A model generated the notes under the pieces. It saw only the letters and a program-made list of their open reading frames with translations, made no database searches and was not told where the DNA came from. The position numbers and the translations under genes were made by a program. DNA of 62,476 nucleotides, the filler included. It is 21 parts of 21 records of this genome, joined end to end, with 100 filler letters (N's around TTAATTAATTAA, not from the genome) between each part and the next. Parts side by side here need not be neighbours in the genome. Positions count along the whole stretch, not along the records: positions 31,559 to 34,140 come from SRR36015645_161377; positions 34,241 to 36,427 come from SRR36015645_161629; positions 36,528 to 38,562 come from SRR36015645_162068; positions 38,663 to 42,501 come from SRR36015645_165033; positions 42,602 to 44,653 come from SRR36015645_165769; 16 more parts are not named here. The stretch is one strand, 5' to 3'. Below are positions 31,559-43,926 of the stretch, piece after piece. Numbering within the stretch: position 1 is the stretch's first letter; each line of letters begins with the position of its first letter.

Positions 31559-34140
31559 TTGATTGGTGTAGCACGTTTCAGGTAATGTTGCATGAACCAT
31601 TCACTTGGGTGATCGATTCCAGAGAGAAATCTCCTTAACTGGTGAACACGGAAGGCTTTTATTCTTGCCTTTATGTTTACGATAGCTTGGCCGCCTTTCT
31701 CCACGGGCATCTGTGCTCTGTAGCAGTGAATCCAGTGTTTTCCATTCCACATGTAGTCCATCATTTGTCTTTGCCATGCATTTATTGTCTGTTGACTAGG
31801 ACTGAGGCTGTATACCCGATGCCATAGTTTGGATGCAGCGAGTTGATTGCAAACCATGGTTCGTCCTCTATATGATAATAGGTTGCCAATGCCTTTCCAT
31901 TTCTGTAGCACACTTGCCAGTTTTTCTTCCATGACTTCCATGTTGGAATCCACATCCGTTTCTGTACCAAATTTTACTCCCAGGGCGTCGAAAGATTCTC
32001 TGTTCCATTGAAAACCAAGTGGAGTGTCTGTACGATTCCAGTTTCCTATCCAGGTTCCCTTGGACTTTCCGCTATTTAGGAGAGACCCCGATGCCTGTTC
32101 GAACGTGCGATATACGTCTTTAACAATAGGCAGTCCTTGGTCTGATGTTAGTACAACGGTTACATCGTCGGCGTATGCTGATAGAATCACCTCCTTATCT
32201 TGCTCTGGTACTTTGATGCCATGGTTCTTAAGTTTGACTCGCATTAGCCTTAGTAATGGTTCTATTGCCACGACGTAGAGGAGCATGCTTAAACTGTCAC
32301 CCTGCCGGATGCCACGTTCGAAGCTGATCGGTCCTACCAGTCCATTTGTTAATTTAATGAAGCTTATGGCATCTTTGTAGATGAGTTTGACACATGATAA
32401 AAAGAACTCACCAAATCCAAATTTTTCGAGAGCGCGAAATAAGTAGTGATGGTCAACGCGGTCAAACGCCTTCTCCTGGTCTAGTGCCAGGATGATAAGC
32501 TTCAGCTGATTTTCATTTGCATGGAATGTAATGTCTCTCAGTAAATTGATGTTGTCGTGTATTCTTCTGTGGTTAATACTGCACGTTTGGTCTTGGTGTA
32601 CAATTTGTGGCATCACAGTCTTCATCCTATTGGCAAGAATTTTCGTGAAGAATTTAAGATCTGTATTTAGTAGCGATATTGGCCTATAGTTTTTGATGAA
32701 ACGATGGTCGCTCATTTTTTTCAGCAGTAACACAATGATAGCAATTTTCATTGAATGAGGAAGTTCTCCTTTTTGTACTGTTTCGGCTAGGACTTGTAAA
32801 AGATGTTGTCCAATAAAATCCCAAAAGCGTTTGAAAAACTCATTTGTCAATCCATCAGATCCGGGTGACTTATTTCTACTGGACTGTTTTACGGTAGTTG
32901 TTAGCTCATCTAGTGTTAACGGTCTATCTAGGTAGTCTTTTTCTTCTTGGCTAAGCTGCGGAAGATCTCTTAGTATGTCGTTAATGGCATTTTCTTTTGT
33001 TTCCTCCTTTTTGTACAGTGTCTGGTAGAAATTGATAACTTCGGTTTTAATTTCTTGTTGGTTTTCTGTGATTTTCCCGTTACTTAGTTGCAATGTTTTG
33101 ATGCTTGACGATGATATTTTGTCCTTTTCCAGGGAATAAAAGTACTGCGTGGGTTTATCTACTTCATTCAGATGTTTGAATCTAGATCTGATGAGGGCTC
33201 CTTGTGCACGTTTCTTGAATAACTGATTCATTAGCTGTTTTTTCTCCTTGTATTCTTCAGCATCTTGTGGGGAATGCATTCCTTGCTTTATAAAAGTGTT
33301 AAGGTCGTTTTGTAGGTCTTTGACTGCTGTACGTTCTTCTCGTGCCTTCTGTGTAGCATAACTTATTGCGATAGCTTTAATTTTGGTTTTTCCGATTTCC
33401 CACCAGTCTGTTAATCGGTTTGTATATTGGGGCTTCTTCGTTACCCATGCAGTCAGAAACGCCGAAATTAGCTCACAAAACTCCTTGTCATCTAGAAGAC
33501 TGTTGTTCAGCTTCCAATGGTTGTTGTTGTTGTTCTTTTGGTACTGTACATTGCCACTAAATGTCATTTGAATAGCCTCATGGTCTGATAGGCTGCAGGA
33601 CTGAATTTCACAGGAACGGACCGAAGACTTTAGTGAGCGACTTGTGTATATTCTGTCTAGTCTTGCTTCTATTAGATGCTGATTACGTCGATTATGGTAT
33701 GTGTATTCTCTTTTCTTGTCATGGGTAACTCGCCATATGTCTACTAGCTGAAGCTTGTTGACCATAGTTTTCAGTTTCTTCTGTAGTCTGTCTCTTCTTT
33801 CAAGAGCACCATCTTGTCTGTCCAGACTTGCATCAAGTGTAACGTTAAAATCTCCAACGATAAAGCAGTTCACATTTCCTAATGTTGTAAATTCGTTATG
33901 TAGTCTTTCTATCGTATTTATTGCGAGGACGTCATCTTGTGGCATGTATATATTGAAGGCACTGTATTCTGTACTTTCAATTTTGTATTTCAAAAGCAGC
34001 AGATGACCTGGTACCAATTCTTTTACATCTACTACGGTAATGTCTTTCTTCTTGTTTATTGCGATCCCTACTCCAGTGAATCTGTGTGTCACTGTCAGAA
34101 ATATATATTCGAAATCCAAGTTGTCCCAGAAAAGATTATC
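31559..34140 (-). CDS. L1/Tx1-type ORF2p (APE + RT); partial at both ends; relative of 6594-8658
   Basis: GDFN, RLDR, SDH, SPGSDG, NYRPISLLNTD, DQEKAFDRV, GIRQGDSLS, YADD. Shares YMPQDD and LLLKKMSDHR with the 6594 ORF2. Confidence 0.95.
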
Positions 34141-34363
34141 NNNNNNNNNNNNNNNNNNNNNNNNNNNNNNNNNNNNNNNNNNNNTTAATTAATTAANNNN
34201 NNNNNNNNNNNNNNNNNNNNNNNNNNNNNNNNNNNNNNNNGTAGGCAAGACTTCAGTAGCTACATGCAGTAGCTACTATTCTACAAATGTATATAATTTT
34301 TATTTTATTTTATAATATTACATTATAGGCCTATTCTATATATATTTTTTATTTTTATTTTAG

Positions 34364-34632
34364 CTGGAGAGCATCTGACAATTCTACGTGAACTCACGAA
34401 AAGAAAAATTGTAACATCGAAAAAACGCCATGTCAAAGTTATGGATGTATGCTCAGAGGGGTGCGCGGAAATATTCAGACAGAAAAGAGACATCATTGCA
34501 GACATTCGAGTGGAGCGTGGAGACATAACATACTCCATCGCAGCATGCAAAATGGCAATCCGTAAAAAGCCTTCAGTACCGTTATACAGCATTTGTCTTC
34601 ACTTGACAATAGATAAGGAACTGCGAGAATAA
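34364..34632 (+). CDS. Probable last exon of an unknown gene directly upstream of a RAG1-like transposase
   Basis: Polypyrimidine tract plus AG at 34362-34363. Frame GEHLTILRELTKRK...DKELRE* ends 16 nt before the transposase ATG. Confidence 0.35.
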
Positions 34633-34648
34633 ATCATGCTTCCGCAAA

Positions 34649-36427
34649 ATGGAACCAGCTGTTATTGTAGTGAATACAAGTATAAATTTTTCTGACTTTT
34701 TGGAACGGTGTGTGGCACATTGCGAAAGACATGCTCCGCTCTCACTACGTGTAATAAAAAATGTAATTGCGGGACTCTTACATATAGATCAAGACAATAT
34801 TCAAAATATTACACATATTTCGAACAGAGCGTACAACTGGCGCAAAAAAAGAATAACTGCATATCGAACTGGAGGCCGACATGTAGTACATTTCAAGAAC
34901 TCGTTACAAACTGCACCTCCTTTAACTGTATCATATGTCTGCACACGGGCATCAGCAACTGCTGCAATCCATCAACAAAACAGTGTAATACGTCAGAAAA
35001 ATGAACAAATTTCTAAATTGCAAACTGAGCTGTACAATACCCAAGAGACAAAAACTGCGTTAAAAAGAGAGTTGAAGAAGATTACGAAACAGAAACGTTC
35101 TAAGGAAAATGAACTCACAAATAAATCAAAGCGCACAGCATTATGCAGAATAAAAAAACTTAAAAGTGCCCTAAAGGATGCGACAGGTAAAACCTACAAT
35201 CTTAGCGAGGCAACGTCGCCACGCTCAACTTTAAAGAAGTTGGACTACTCAAACTTAAGTTTACGGAAGTATGTGAAAGTTAAACATAAAGATTGGCCTG
35301 GACGACGGAAAATTGTGTCTGCACGCAAAGTATTTGACAGTAATGCGTTAAACAAGCAAAAACTATTGGGAAAGCTGAAAAACAGAAGCATGGCACTTGC
35401 TGCAGAGCGTGTGAATTGTGTGGATACGCCAGCAACTCCTGAACTTAAGATCTCAACGGATGGGTTTAATCTGGGGAAACATCAAAATGGACTTAGTTTC
35501 ACTGCAAGCGTACCAGGTAGTCAAAAAATGGAAGATCTCGCGATATTGGAAGCCCATAAAGTTGTTGAAAAGTATGAAACTGTGAAATACCTTCAAGTGT
35601 TGGAAAGAATACAATGTAGCATGCAGGAAGTGACTGGAGTGGACTACTTTTTATGTGCAGACCTGAAGTCATTGCTCATGTCTTTGGGATTCAAAGGCGC
35701 AAATGCACATGATATTTGTCTATACTGTAAATGCAACAAAAGCAAGTGGCACCTTTGTGGCACAGAATGCCAGCCAAGGTATACCCTCGACCAGAATGGC
35801 ATGCCTAAGCTGGCACCTTTAAAAAAAGGTGACCCAGGCTTTAAGAATGCCCCTTTAGTGGATGTGACTCGCTTCAAGTTTGTCATTATTGACATGTTGC
35901 ATTTCTACCTGCGCGTCACTGACCAAATATTTTCTAATACTGTGAATCTAATGACCGATGATATGGTTGAGAAATTTTTGCAGTTAAGTACTTTGCCAAA
36001 ATTCAGGCTGGTAGACCAGGGTAACAGCTACAAGTTTTCATCAATGAACATGCAAACCAGAAAAGTGTTGCTTGAGAAGGTCTTCCTTAAGAAAGATGTA
36101 CTGTGTGAATTACTCCCTTCACACATTGCTGACAAAGTCTGTTGTTTAGCAACTACTTACCAAGCACTTTGGGACAGAATCTGTGGTGCCATTGATCTTA
36201 GTGACACAGAATTTTCCAATTTGGTTTCTACATTTGTAGTTGAGTACCGCCGGGCATTTCCCGGTCTCATACCAGATTACGTGCATCTAGCACTGCACCT
36301 GCCCTTTTTGCACGCTAAGTTTGGTAGCATAAAGCGCTTTGAGCAGCAAAGCGTAGAGAAATCTAATCATTGTATGAGCACTAAATATTTCGAAATAACA
36401 AACTTTAATCTTGATCAAGCGGCTATG
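34649..36427 (+). CDS. RAG1/Transib-like DDE transposase; 3' partial
   Basis: KISTDG (D1), LCADLK (D2), CLYC, IDMLH, DYVHLALH, FEQQSVEKSN (E): same motif order as the RAG1/Transib core. N-terminal coiled coil. Confidence 0.72.
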
Positions 36428-36527
36428 NNNNNNNNNNNNNNNNNNNNNNNNNNNNNNNNNNNNNNNNNNNNTTAATTAATTAANNNNNNNNNNNNNNNNN
36501 NNNNNNNNNNNNNNNNNNNNNNNNNNN

Positions 36528-37764
36528 CGAACGTCAGGCGAAGATTTCGGCACATTTTGGCAGTTGAAAAAAATGAACTTGAAAAACTAAAAGCAAAAGA
36601 GGCAAAAAGAAAACGACTCTCGCATAGCAATTAAGAAGGCTGTGAAGAATGCTTCTAAAAGTGAAAAAGTGGCATTTGACAGAAAACGTGATCATGAGAA
36701 GTATCTCAATAAATTATGTGCGCATAAATATAGACAACGAAAAAGAGCTGCCGAAGAATGAAGACACCGTTCGTGCAGCTACAAAATGCGTAAAGAAAGC
36801 TCCGCCACGCAAGCATCATATGCGTGTGAGTGTTGTTAAGGAATTAGCCGCAGTTGTGGGTATCCACATTCCGGAGACGAGCACGGGCGCTACTAAAACC
36901 CATCAAAATGCCATGGACGAAGGGATCATTCGGAGAATCATTGACTTTTATGACCGCGACAAAATATCATATCTTGCCCCTGGTAAGAGAGACTATAAAA
37001 TGGTAAAGGATGCAGATGGAAAAAAACACAAGGCCCAGAAAAGGTACATGTGGTACAGCTAAAGAGAAGCGCTTCAGCTCTACAAATTAGACTTTCCCCT
37101 GGATGAAATTGGAATTTCCAAATTTCAAGATTTAAGGCCAGAACATGTTTGCGTGGCCGCAGAAACGCCACACAACGTATGTGTGTGTATTCTCCATGAT
37201 AATTACAAGTTCAAACTACAAGCATTGGAGAAGTACTGTTCGATTAGTCCTGGCTTGCCAGAAGTGAACCTTGTTTGTTCCGAGCCTAAAATGGAGTGCT
37301 ACTACCAGCAATGCAATTTGTGTCTGTGTAAACAAAACTTTGTGGTAAAAGCCAGTGTCCTTGAAACGGAGGTAGTATTTTTCAAAGAATGGAAGACAGT
37401 CGAAAAACTGTCTGTCGAAAAAACAGTCGAAAAAAGAAAGTTGTTTCTTTGTCTGAAACAATGATGGATATCAAGACCTTGGTGAATGCCGTTAACACTT
37501 TGGAAACACCACAATTCCTTCTCTCACTGCTTTATAAAGAAGCAAACACACAAGTACTTCTACGATGTTTCCAATGACAATAACCCAGAAACGCTGAAGT
37601 TGAAAGTCGACTTTTCTGAGAACTATAAAACAATGTTCCAAAACGAAATCCAAAGCGCCCACTTTCAATACTCGCAAGTAACTTTGTTTACAGCTGTTTC
37701 ATGGTACATTTATGTAAACGAGGAAACAAATAGTTTTGTCATCTCAAAATTTGTGGTATTCTAA
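36528..37764 (+). pseudogene. Sola2-like DDD transposase pseudogene (N-terminal and central part)
   Basis: FY..D.IS..PGKRD, QKRY, IGISKF..LRPEHV, CVCILHDN, VDFSENY..QNEIQSAH..QVTLFT. In-frame TAA at 37060-37062, two frameshifts, and truncation after the first catalytic D. Confidence 0.65.
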
Positions 37765-38195
37765 CTCAAAAAGGATAATATTCAACGTACGTTATCAATC
37801 AATAGCATATATCTGACATTTTACAAATTTACAATGATTGTCAATAACTACTCAAAATTTTCGTTACATTTAGACCTTATTTGTACCTATTACTGTAGGT
37901 TCACAGTAGTTTGTTGAGATTAGCTATAATTTTAAGATACATCTCAAAAAGCATAATATTCAACGTATAATACAGTTATCAATCAATAGACCATCTGGCA
38001 TTTTACAAATTCACAATGATTGTCACACTGGTAAATATCAAGAACAGTATCAAAAACTTGAAGAAACTCGTCTCAAAATTATACAACTCAACTCAAAATC
38101 ATATAACTACTCATACTTTTAGGCCACATTAATGCCTATTACTGAACTCCGTAGGTTTTCAATAGGTTGCTGAGATTATCTTTAATTTTTAAAGA
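37765..38195. repeat. Diverged direct duplication (about 180-bp unit; second copy carries an insertion)
   Basis: CTCAAAAAG.ATAATATTCAACGTA..GTTATCAATCAATAG..CATTTTACAAATT.ACAATGATTGTCA at about 37765 and 37943, with further shared blocks downstream. Confidence 0.75.
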
Positions 38196-38562
38196 TTTTT
38201 GCACAAAATTGCCACCATTTTCTGGTAATCCTCTGTGCTAATTTTGTAGATCGCATTCTCCTCTTGATGGAGAAATGGTGGTGCAACGTTGCCAAGAATG
38301 GTGTCCCACGGGATTTTGTCAACCTCCTTCTTGGCATGCCATATAAATTGGTTCAGAGCGCTAGGTTGCATAAAATTAACGGTTAACATTTTTCTTGCTT
38401 CTTCAATCTTAACAAGTTCGCCTACATATAGGGTTCCATCGTAGTCACTTGCTATGTATTCACCCGCATCAAAGCCGACTCTTAAATTACTCAAGGGTAT
38501 GTCATTCTCAGAATCGTAGCCAACATTATCGTTATCAGAAGGCTCTTCCCCATCAGAGCCAA
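38189..38562 (-). CDS. C-terminal Tudor/SH3-like domain resembling the end of Sola2-like transposases; 5' partial
   Basis: GEYIASDYDGTLYVGEL..VNFMQP..FIW..D.IP..IL..V.PP. Confidence 0.5.
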
Positions 38563-38662
38563 NNNNNNNNNNNNNNNNNNNNNNNNNNNNNNNNNNNNNN
38601 NNNNNNTTAATTAATTAANNNNNNNNNNNNNNNNNNNNNNNNNNNNNNNNNNNNNNNNNNNN

Positions 38663-39512
38663 ACCTACCCACCCGTTGTATGACATCGTCTGCAACACCC
38701 TGGGATGCCAAAAATGTTGCGCCGCCGATACGGAAGCTATGCGAGCTGATGCTCTTTATGTTAGCTAGCTCAGCAGCTTCCTGTAGCACTCTTGTAAACA
38801 GAGAACGACTGATGTAATTGCCGCCGGAGTTCAAAAACAGTGGGCCAGGACTGGAACCACGCATTGCTAAATATTCCAGCAATGACTTGACTACGCACAC
38901 TTTGCTCCCAGCGTCTTTTCTAATAGACAATGTGACAGGGGGCAAGCCACGGTGATGTTTGAAATTCCTTAGCGTCAATAAGAGGCCATCGACTGCATTC
39001 TTATTATCATATGTTAATTTTACATCATGATACTGGATGATGAAGTCCATCCTATCCCTAGCCGTAAAACAGAACTCACTAATTCGCAATAGGGCTCTAA
39101 AAGCTAACACGAACATTGCCGCATAAAGAGTCTGTTCAAAATATGAGTTATGAAGCACCCTCACGGCATTCACAAGCTGAATGACCTGGCAATATAATAT
39201 TGGCATCCTGGAATCAGCCTGACTTTTCAGTTTTTGTATGCCTAGCAAAATTTTTTGATTCACTCTATCCTTAGTTGGATTATGCATGCTCGCGTTAGCA
39301 TGTAGCGACCCGATAGCAGCTGAATAGGTGGTTATTGTGGCCGCAGCTAACCCGTTATTAAATAGATAACCAAGAAATGCCGACCAAACAAAAACTGGAA
39401 TTGGAAAAACTGGCATTTGTGCACCCATTATTTGTGAAAAAGCTTTGTAATGTTTCCAAGCTTGTGAGTAAGTCTGTCTGGACGAACGTTCCATAGATCT
39501 GTCTAAAAGCAT
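38663..39512 (-). CDS. Tyrosine recombinase; 3' partial
   Basis: AFRALLRISEF (catalytic R), RGSSPGPLF, SHSFRIGGAT (HxxR), IQRVGR. ATG 39512 overlaps the pol stop; the frame is open to 39632. Confidence 0.92.
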
Positions 39513-42469
39513 TCTTGCAGTGGCCAAACATTCTGCGGCAACAGCTCCTCTGGAACAGTCATCGCCTGCTGCCGTGCCCAAGGTGCCAATTCTCGAAACC
39601 GAGGGATCTGCAAACGAGACAAAAGGTCGCAAAGGGTATTATTTTTGCCTGGGATATGAGCCGCTTTAAGTGTAATGTTGCTTTTAAGGCATTGCAAGAC
39701 AAAAGGTCGCATTAGCATCATTACATGTTTATCCTTGCTCGTTTGCTTGTTTAGTATCGATACTAGTGCCTCATTATCTGTGTAAAAAATAATGAACTGA
39801 TTTGTCAATTCCGATTCCCATATGTGAACCGAGAGAAATATCGGGTAAAATTCCAATGCTACAATATTTATGGTTTTACAGCGTTCCGGCCATGCCCCAT
39901 ACACCCACTGATCCCAGAATAGAGAGGCGTAACCCAGACTACCCGCTGAATCGCTATATAATGCCAATTTGCTTGAGGTTAACCATTTGCGCTCCAGTAA
40001 CAGTGATTTACCATTATAAGAATTGAGAAATGTGAGCCAAACATCAATATCACCTTTAGTTGCTTTGTTAAGTCTGAGATGATAGTGTGATTTGGCTAAT
40101 CCCTGCGTGGTATCATATAAACGTCGCAGAAAAGGGCGGCCAGGTGTAATTACCCTGCAGCAAAAAGCCAGAAGGCCGGTTGCCTCCTGAAGTTTTGCCA
40201 CCGTTGTCCTCTTTGATAGAAGGAGCTCATTTAACAATCGTCTGCATTTGTCAATTTTTTCCTGGGGTAACCGAGCCTCAAATTTTTGTGTATCGAATTC
40301 GATACCTAAAAATGTTATTAATGTAGTCGGCGCTACAGTTTTCTCCTGTGCCACAGGGACATTTACTTCGTCAAAGAGGGCCAAAAGCTTGTTAAAATTG
40401 TTCTGGCAAACATTGGTATTTGCCGGACCTCCCAAGATGAAATCGTCTAAATAGTGGTGAATATGTTTTACACCTAATTTGTTTTTAGCAACCCATTCCA
40501 AGGCCGAGCTGAATTCCTCAAACAATCGGCATGATATGCTACAACCAAACGGCAAAACTTTATCATAAAAGAATTTCCCACCAAAACTGAAACCAAGCAA
40601 GTAATAGTCTTTTGGGTTAACAGGCAACAGACGGAACGCTGCCTTCACATCTGTTTTTGCTAACCGGCACCCTCTACCCAAGGAAGTTATCATTGCCATA
40701 GCATCATCTAATGAAGCATATGTGACCGTGCATTCCTCTCTTGGTATACCTGCATTAACTGAAGCTCCATCTCGTGGGTAGGATAAATGATGGATTTGTC
40801 GGAAGTCGCCAAGCTCTTTTTTAGGAACCACTCCAAGTGGTGACACTACAAAATTCTCAAAGGGTTTGCAATCAAAAGGCCCCGCAATACGACCCAGATC
40901 TAACTCTTTCTGTAATTTTTCTTTAAGGACATGCGGATGCTCCTTGGCCGATCGCAAGTTGTCCGCTATCATGCCACTATGTACACCTTGGTAGCGAATA
41001 GAGAAACCCTCTAAGAAACCCTTTACTAGCAATTGTCGTTTATTATTGTCATAGCCCTGAAGTAATCTGCCTAACTTACTTGCTTGAACCGGCGTTATTA
41101 TTTGACCTAAAGTCGATGGCTGGCTTGTGAGTGACGTTTGCTGCTGATGGCCTAAAGCCGGAATTTGTGCCTTGAGTGCGGGGGGTAGCGCTCTGCCTTG
41201 GCCCTGGAGCTGGACGGCGGAAATTGGCAATGTGCCTGTATTTGCATTTTTCTCCGGAAGAGCAAAACCCCTTCTCGGAGAACTGGTAGCAAAAGCCCTG
41301 GTAACTTGCGTTTGTGGCACGAAAATTAGACCCCCCCCTCTACCACGACTTTGTCTATTGTAAGTTAGGTTTGTACGGTTCACGCCGAATATTGGCACAT
41401 CCGCTTGGCACACTGCCAACGTCCACAGCTCCGCATTGAGTTCATGCCACGGGTATGCAGTAGGGTCAGCTGAACGAGCCCTCCTAAATTGGGTGTCATA
41501 AGCATAAAAAGCCATCCCACGGAATGAAGATGACAGCTGGCGAATGCGACCCATATATTTTATTAAGGCCTGTGCTTGTTGAGGGTACCTAAGTAGGTAA
41601 ATGGCCATGTAAATGTTAAAAGCAGTTGTCCAGCTATTGACTGAGATAATTGCTGATCCCCGGATTTTTTGACCAACTGTTAGTACTTGACACCCACCCA
41701 CGTTTTTAATGGTCAATGGTTTACCCTCGTCATCATTACCAGAGCCCCAACCATTTTCCCGTGGCAACAACTCTGACAAATCAACATACTCCTCACTACA
41801 GATTTTGTTTCTAAGTTTGGTTGAAACATGGCCAAAAAGATTGCCCTTTATAGTAGACAAACATACAGGCGTGCTGTCGTTACCTGTTTCCCCTATGTCA
41901 ACAATACCATTAATGTCATTTAACAAAATGTTCTGCCCATCCTGTTGCAGCTGACGTAATGTTACTGTCTCTGACCCTAAACCATCCTCAAAAGTTTGTC
42001 CAATACCAGAAGCGTGAGTGCTGTACGATTTTACCTCGTTCTCTATGCCACTGATCGATGGCACGTTATTCTGGGACGCACGATTATCCCTCACCTTGCC
42101 GGCCATGATTGTTCCCTCCGCCGATTCACCAGTGGACTGGCTATGTACCTTTAAAAGATCTGTAAAGGACGAAACCTGTTTTGTGAGTTCCTCTGCGACC
42201 TTCAGCAATGCCGCGTAATTCTGACCGCTCGTAGCATTGCCCGTGGCATTGTCCGGTGTCATTATTTGGGTCAATGACTTCGATTTTACCCTTTCCTTGT
42301 CTCGCGCACTCGCCTTTCCCTGCGTTTTTGTTTTAGCTGCCACTTGCCGACCTCTTAGTTTTTTCCCTGGCTGTTGATCACCGCTATCAACTGTCATTGT
42401 TTCTTTTACTCCGATTGCATTGACTTGTGTGGACTTGCGCTTCCTGTGCGGTGCTCCCCTTCCTGACAT
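39503..42469 (-). CDS. Gag + RT + RNase H (fused as assembled; junction at the G8 run 41331-41338)
   Basis: Gag: KI..EYVDLSELL, W..AF.IY, YD.QFRR. RT: GRIAGPF, SPLGVVPKK, HHLSYP, DVKAAFR, LPFG, YLDDF, FLG. RNase H: YSDS, ALEFYP, TDN, HIPGKNN..DLLSR. Confidence 0.9.
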   Translation of the reverse strand: MSGRGAPHRKRKSTQVNAIGVKETMTVDSGDQQPGKKLRGRQVAAKTKTQGKASARDKERVKSKSLTQIMTPDNATGNATSGQNYAALLKVAEELTKQVSSFTDLLKVHSQSTGESAEGTIMAGKVRDNRASQNNVPSISGIENEVKSYSTHASGIGQTFEDGLGSETVTLRQLQQDGQNILLNDINGIVDIGETGNDSTPVCLSTIKGNLFGHVSTKLRNKICSEEYVDLSELLPRENGWGSGNDDEGKPLTIKNVGGCQVLTVGQKIRGSAIISVNSWTTAFNIYMAIYLLRYPQQAQALIKYMGRIRQLSSSFRGMAFYAYDTQFRRARSADPTAYPWHELNAELWTLAVCQADVPIFGVNRTNLTYNRQSRGRGGGLIFVPQTQVTRAFATSSPRRGFALPEKNANTGTLPISAVQLQGQGRALPPALKAQIPALGHQQQTSLTSQPSTLGQIITPVQASKLGRLLQGYDNNKRQLLVKGFLEGFSIRYQGVHSGMIADNLRSAKEHPHVLKEKLQKELDLGRIAGPFDCKPFENFVVSPLGVVPKKELGDFRQIHHLSYPRDGASVNAGIPREECTVTYASLDDAMAMITSLGRGCRLAKTDVKAAFRLLPVNPKDYYLLGFSFGGKFFYDKVLPFGCSISCRLFEEFSSALEWVAKNKLGVKHIHHYLDDFILGGPANTNVCQNNFNKLLALFDEVNVPVAQEKTVAPTTLITFLGIEFDTQKFEARLPQEKIDKCRRLLNELLLSKRTTVAKLQEATGLLAFCCRVITPGRPFLRRLYDTTQGLAKSHYHLRLNKATKGDIDVWLTFLNSYNGKSLLLERKWLTSSKLALYSDSAGSLGYASLFWDQWVYGAWPERCKTINIVALEFYPIFLSVHIWESELTNQFIIFYTDNEALVSILNKQTSKDKHVMMLMRPFVLQCLKSNITLKAAHIPGKNNTLCDLLSRLQIPRFRELAPWARQQAMTVPEELLPQNVWPLQECF

Positions 42470-43926
42470 GCTGAAACAAAATAAAATTCGGTCAAATCGG
42501 CNNNNNNNNNNNNNNNNNNNNNNNNNNNNNNNNNNNNNNNNNNNNTTAATTAATTAANNNNNNNNNNNNNNNNNNNNNNNNNNNNNNNNNNNNNNNNNNN
42601 NCCCGGTATATTTGGATGTGAAAGGGTTAAAACAACTCTCAAGCTATGTTTGTTACCAAGGCAACCAAAACTAATTAAGTATATTATAACAGCTCAAAAA
42701 ATTAAAACACATTTTTAGAAATAATCAACTTTAAATATTCAGTTGTGGCTTTTCCAATTTTTATAACATGAACGGATAAGATGACCAAATGATGGATTAC
42801 AGACCATTGCATAAAATAAGGACATGCAAAAATCCCATTTCGTTAAAATGCTCATTTTCTAACATTATATTAAACTTGCGTCTGTTTCACATACGCAGAT
42901 TGATATCATAGTTTTTAAAGCATAGGAGAAAATGCATGTTTTATGTGTCCCTGCACACAAACATTTAAAACATGATAACTGATAAGTAGCTTTGACAATT
43001 CAAAATGTAAGTAAAGATGAAAGAAAACAATTTGTGCTGATTAAAAATCCAAAACAAAGTAAAATCTCATTATCACTTTTACCACTACACGATATTGCTT
43101 GCAGCTATATCACATAATATATTAATATTTTTTGTAAAACTTTTTTCAATGTACAATTTACAAGGTTATTCACATATCTTACACCTAGCTAAATAATACA
43201 AATTTTGCACGATAGTTATAACAAGTAACGCATTGCAATATATAGTTCAACTAACTTTATGCTTTTTGCAATTTTAACAGCAACATTAAGTATTCCATCG
43301 ACGGCAACGACATAACAATAAGATGTTAACATGATCGCTAAGCAATAATTTTAACAAATGATGACAGACAGGTGCTTTATCTACCTTGTAAATCTTTCCA
43401 ACTTGGCTGCAGATAAAACGCTTATCCTTAAAAACTCTCCATCGTTAAAGATATAACGTTCCTTTCCCGTACATTCACCACAATCAATTTTCAGCGGTGA
43501 AGCTACCCATCGTTTTGCATGAGCGCGGAATTTCTCCAACAAACATGACAAATTCTAGCCTTTTTATTCCGGGTCCTGATGTGACTCAGTCCATGTCCGT
43601 CTAACCCTGTCCTTTGACGTTACACTTCCACACCTGCTTTGTGGCTGGTCTTCAAACCATGGGCACGTTTCACAACGCTTTATTTTGCCGACGTTGTAAT
43701 TTTTATCGACATGTGTCTTGTTTGGCTCAGCGATCGGTCTTCACTCTATGCATATTCAGCAAGTAATTCCATTCCGCATTATCTTACGCTAGCACCTTTT
43801 CCGCACACTTTCCCAAAAGCCATCGAGAGTTGCCTTTAACTTGGAATGTGTAGATGCGTTTCCCCACCTCGCCTAGGCGTACCACACCTCAATAATACTA
43901 AACCCTGGCGCGGGTTTCGATTGCTA

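Larger units (their letters stand above)
38663..42501 (-). mobile_element. Ngaro/DIRS-group tyrosine-recombinase retrotransposon (internal region)
   Basis: gag, RT, RNase H and an overlapping YR ORF. No methyltransferase domain is visible after RNase H, which favours Ngaro. Confidence 0.9.
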
